A DNA stretch of 64,000 bases from Hemiscyllium ocellatum (Eukaryota). The DNA is taken from contig NC_083435.1 of NCBI RefSeq assembly GCF_020745735.1, forward strand, positions 6,479,201 through 6,543,200. The letters are read 5' to 3'. Under the pieces are notes generated by a model, which searched no databases, was not told where the DNA came from, and saw only the letters and a program-made list of their open reading frames with translations. A program made the position numbers and the translations under genes. This document shows, one piece after another, positions 63,173-64,000 of the stretch (its first letter is position 1; the number at the start of each line of letters is the position of its first letter).

Positions 63173-64000
63173 CAGGAATTAGCTCAGAATTGAAAGCAGA
63201 GTCTGTTTTCCGTGGCCGACACTTTAAGCCCTCTGGCAGTCAGCGGGGTTAGAAAACAACATGTGAGGCAGCTTGTTCTCTCATGTTACACCAGGCAGAG
63301 TCGGGAGCCGAAGCCTTGGGATATTGGCTGTCTTTGTTTGCTAAGACTCTGGGCAGAGTGTCGGGTGTAAACAGCAGCGTGTTCACTAAGAGATTGTATC
63401 GTCTGTATCGGCCTTTTCAGTCTCTGGTAGCTGTGAATAACGATGGTAAAGGTAAACCGTCCTGTGCTTTTGCATTTAGCTAACATCCTCATCCAAGGCT
63501 CATGTAGTCTAAGTCTTAAGAGCCCTTAGTTGCAGAGGTAAGGCCATTCAGCCCGTTGAAATCATACTAGCTCTCTTGGAAAACAATCCAGTCCAGGGAC
63601 TCCCTGCAGTTTTAGCCTCCGGTGCCCTCTCACATGTTCTGCTCTGTTAAAGACAGATATTCCCATTGTGTGGAATACCAGAGAGAATATTTCAATAACC
63701 CTCAGGCTCCATTTATTCCCCAGATTTCAATAAAGAAGGTGGAAAATGCTCTTTCCAATGACTTGTAATTCCTGTGCCTGGCTTCCACACCATGGTTGGT
63801 GAGAGCCACAGAGTTTATGTTTCCAGTTTAATGTTGGGCTCTGCATAATCAAAGCTAAACAATCCTGTTTAACACTTGAGTATAATAGAGTGAACTTGTA
63901 ATCTAGAGGTTCCCCAGGATGGGCAACACTCACTGGTCAAGTGTGGGTCACCATCCAGGATTCCACATGTGGAGAACATGGTCTTCAGGAAGGTTTCCCA

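Overview
Repeat-rich vertebrate genomic DNA, almost certainly a shark: it carries HE1-like V-SINEs, CR1 LINEs and Penelope-derived repeats, and a carpet/bamboo shark is my best guess. Three protein-coding units are supported. (1) The terminal PRY-SPRY exon of a + strand TRIM gene, cut off by the window start (1-489). (2) A complete six-exon TRIM39/TRIM69-like RING-Bbox-coiled-coil-B30.2 gene on the - strand (22975 to 14483, 486 aa), convergent with the first. (3) An intact, non-rearranging, antibody-like gene on the + strand: leader 35774-35810, germline-joined VJ exon 37766-38143, and three C1-set exons at 40833-41150, 43781-44101 and 45421-45743. It encodes 458 aa with no transmembrane segment and no RSS, matching the description of the MHC-linked shark gene UrIg. 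Notable extras are an inverted 134-bp copy of part of its second C exon inside the V-C1 intron, an unpaired Cys in the J-like GxG motif, minimal hammerhead-ribozyme cores in Penelope-derived repeats, and two long minisatellites. Exon boundaries were read by hand from splice sites and phase. Repeat boundaries are approximate, and no database search was run.
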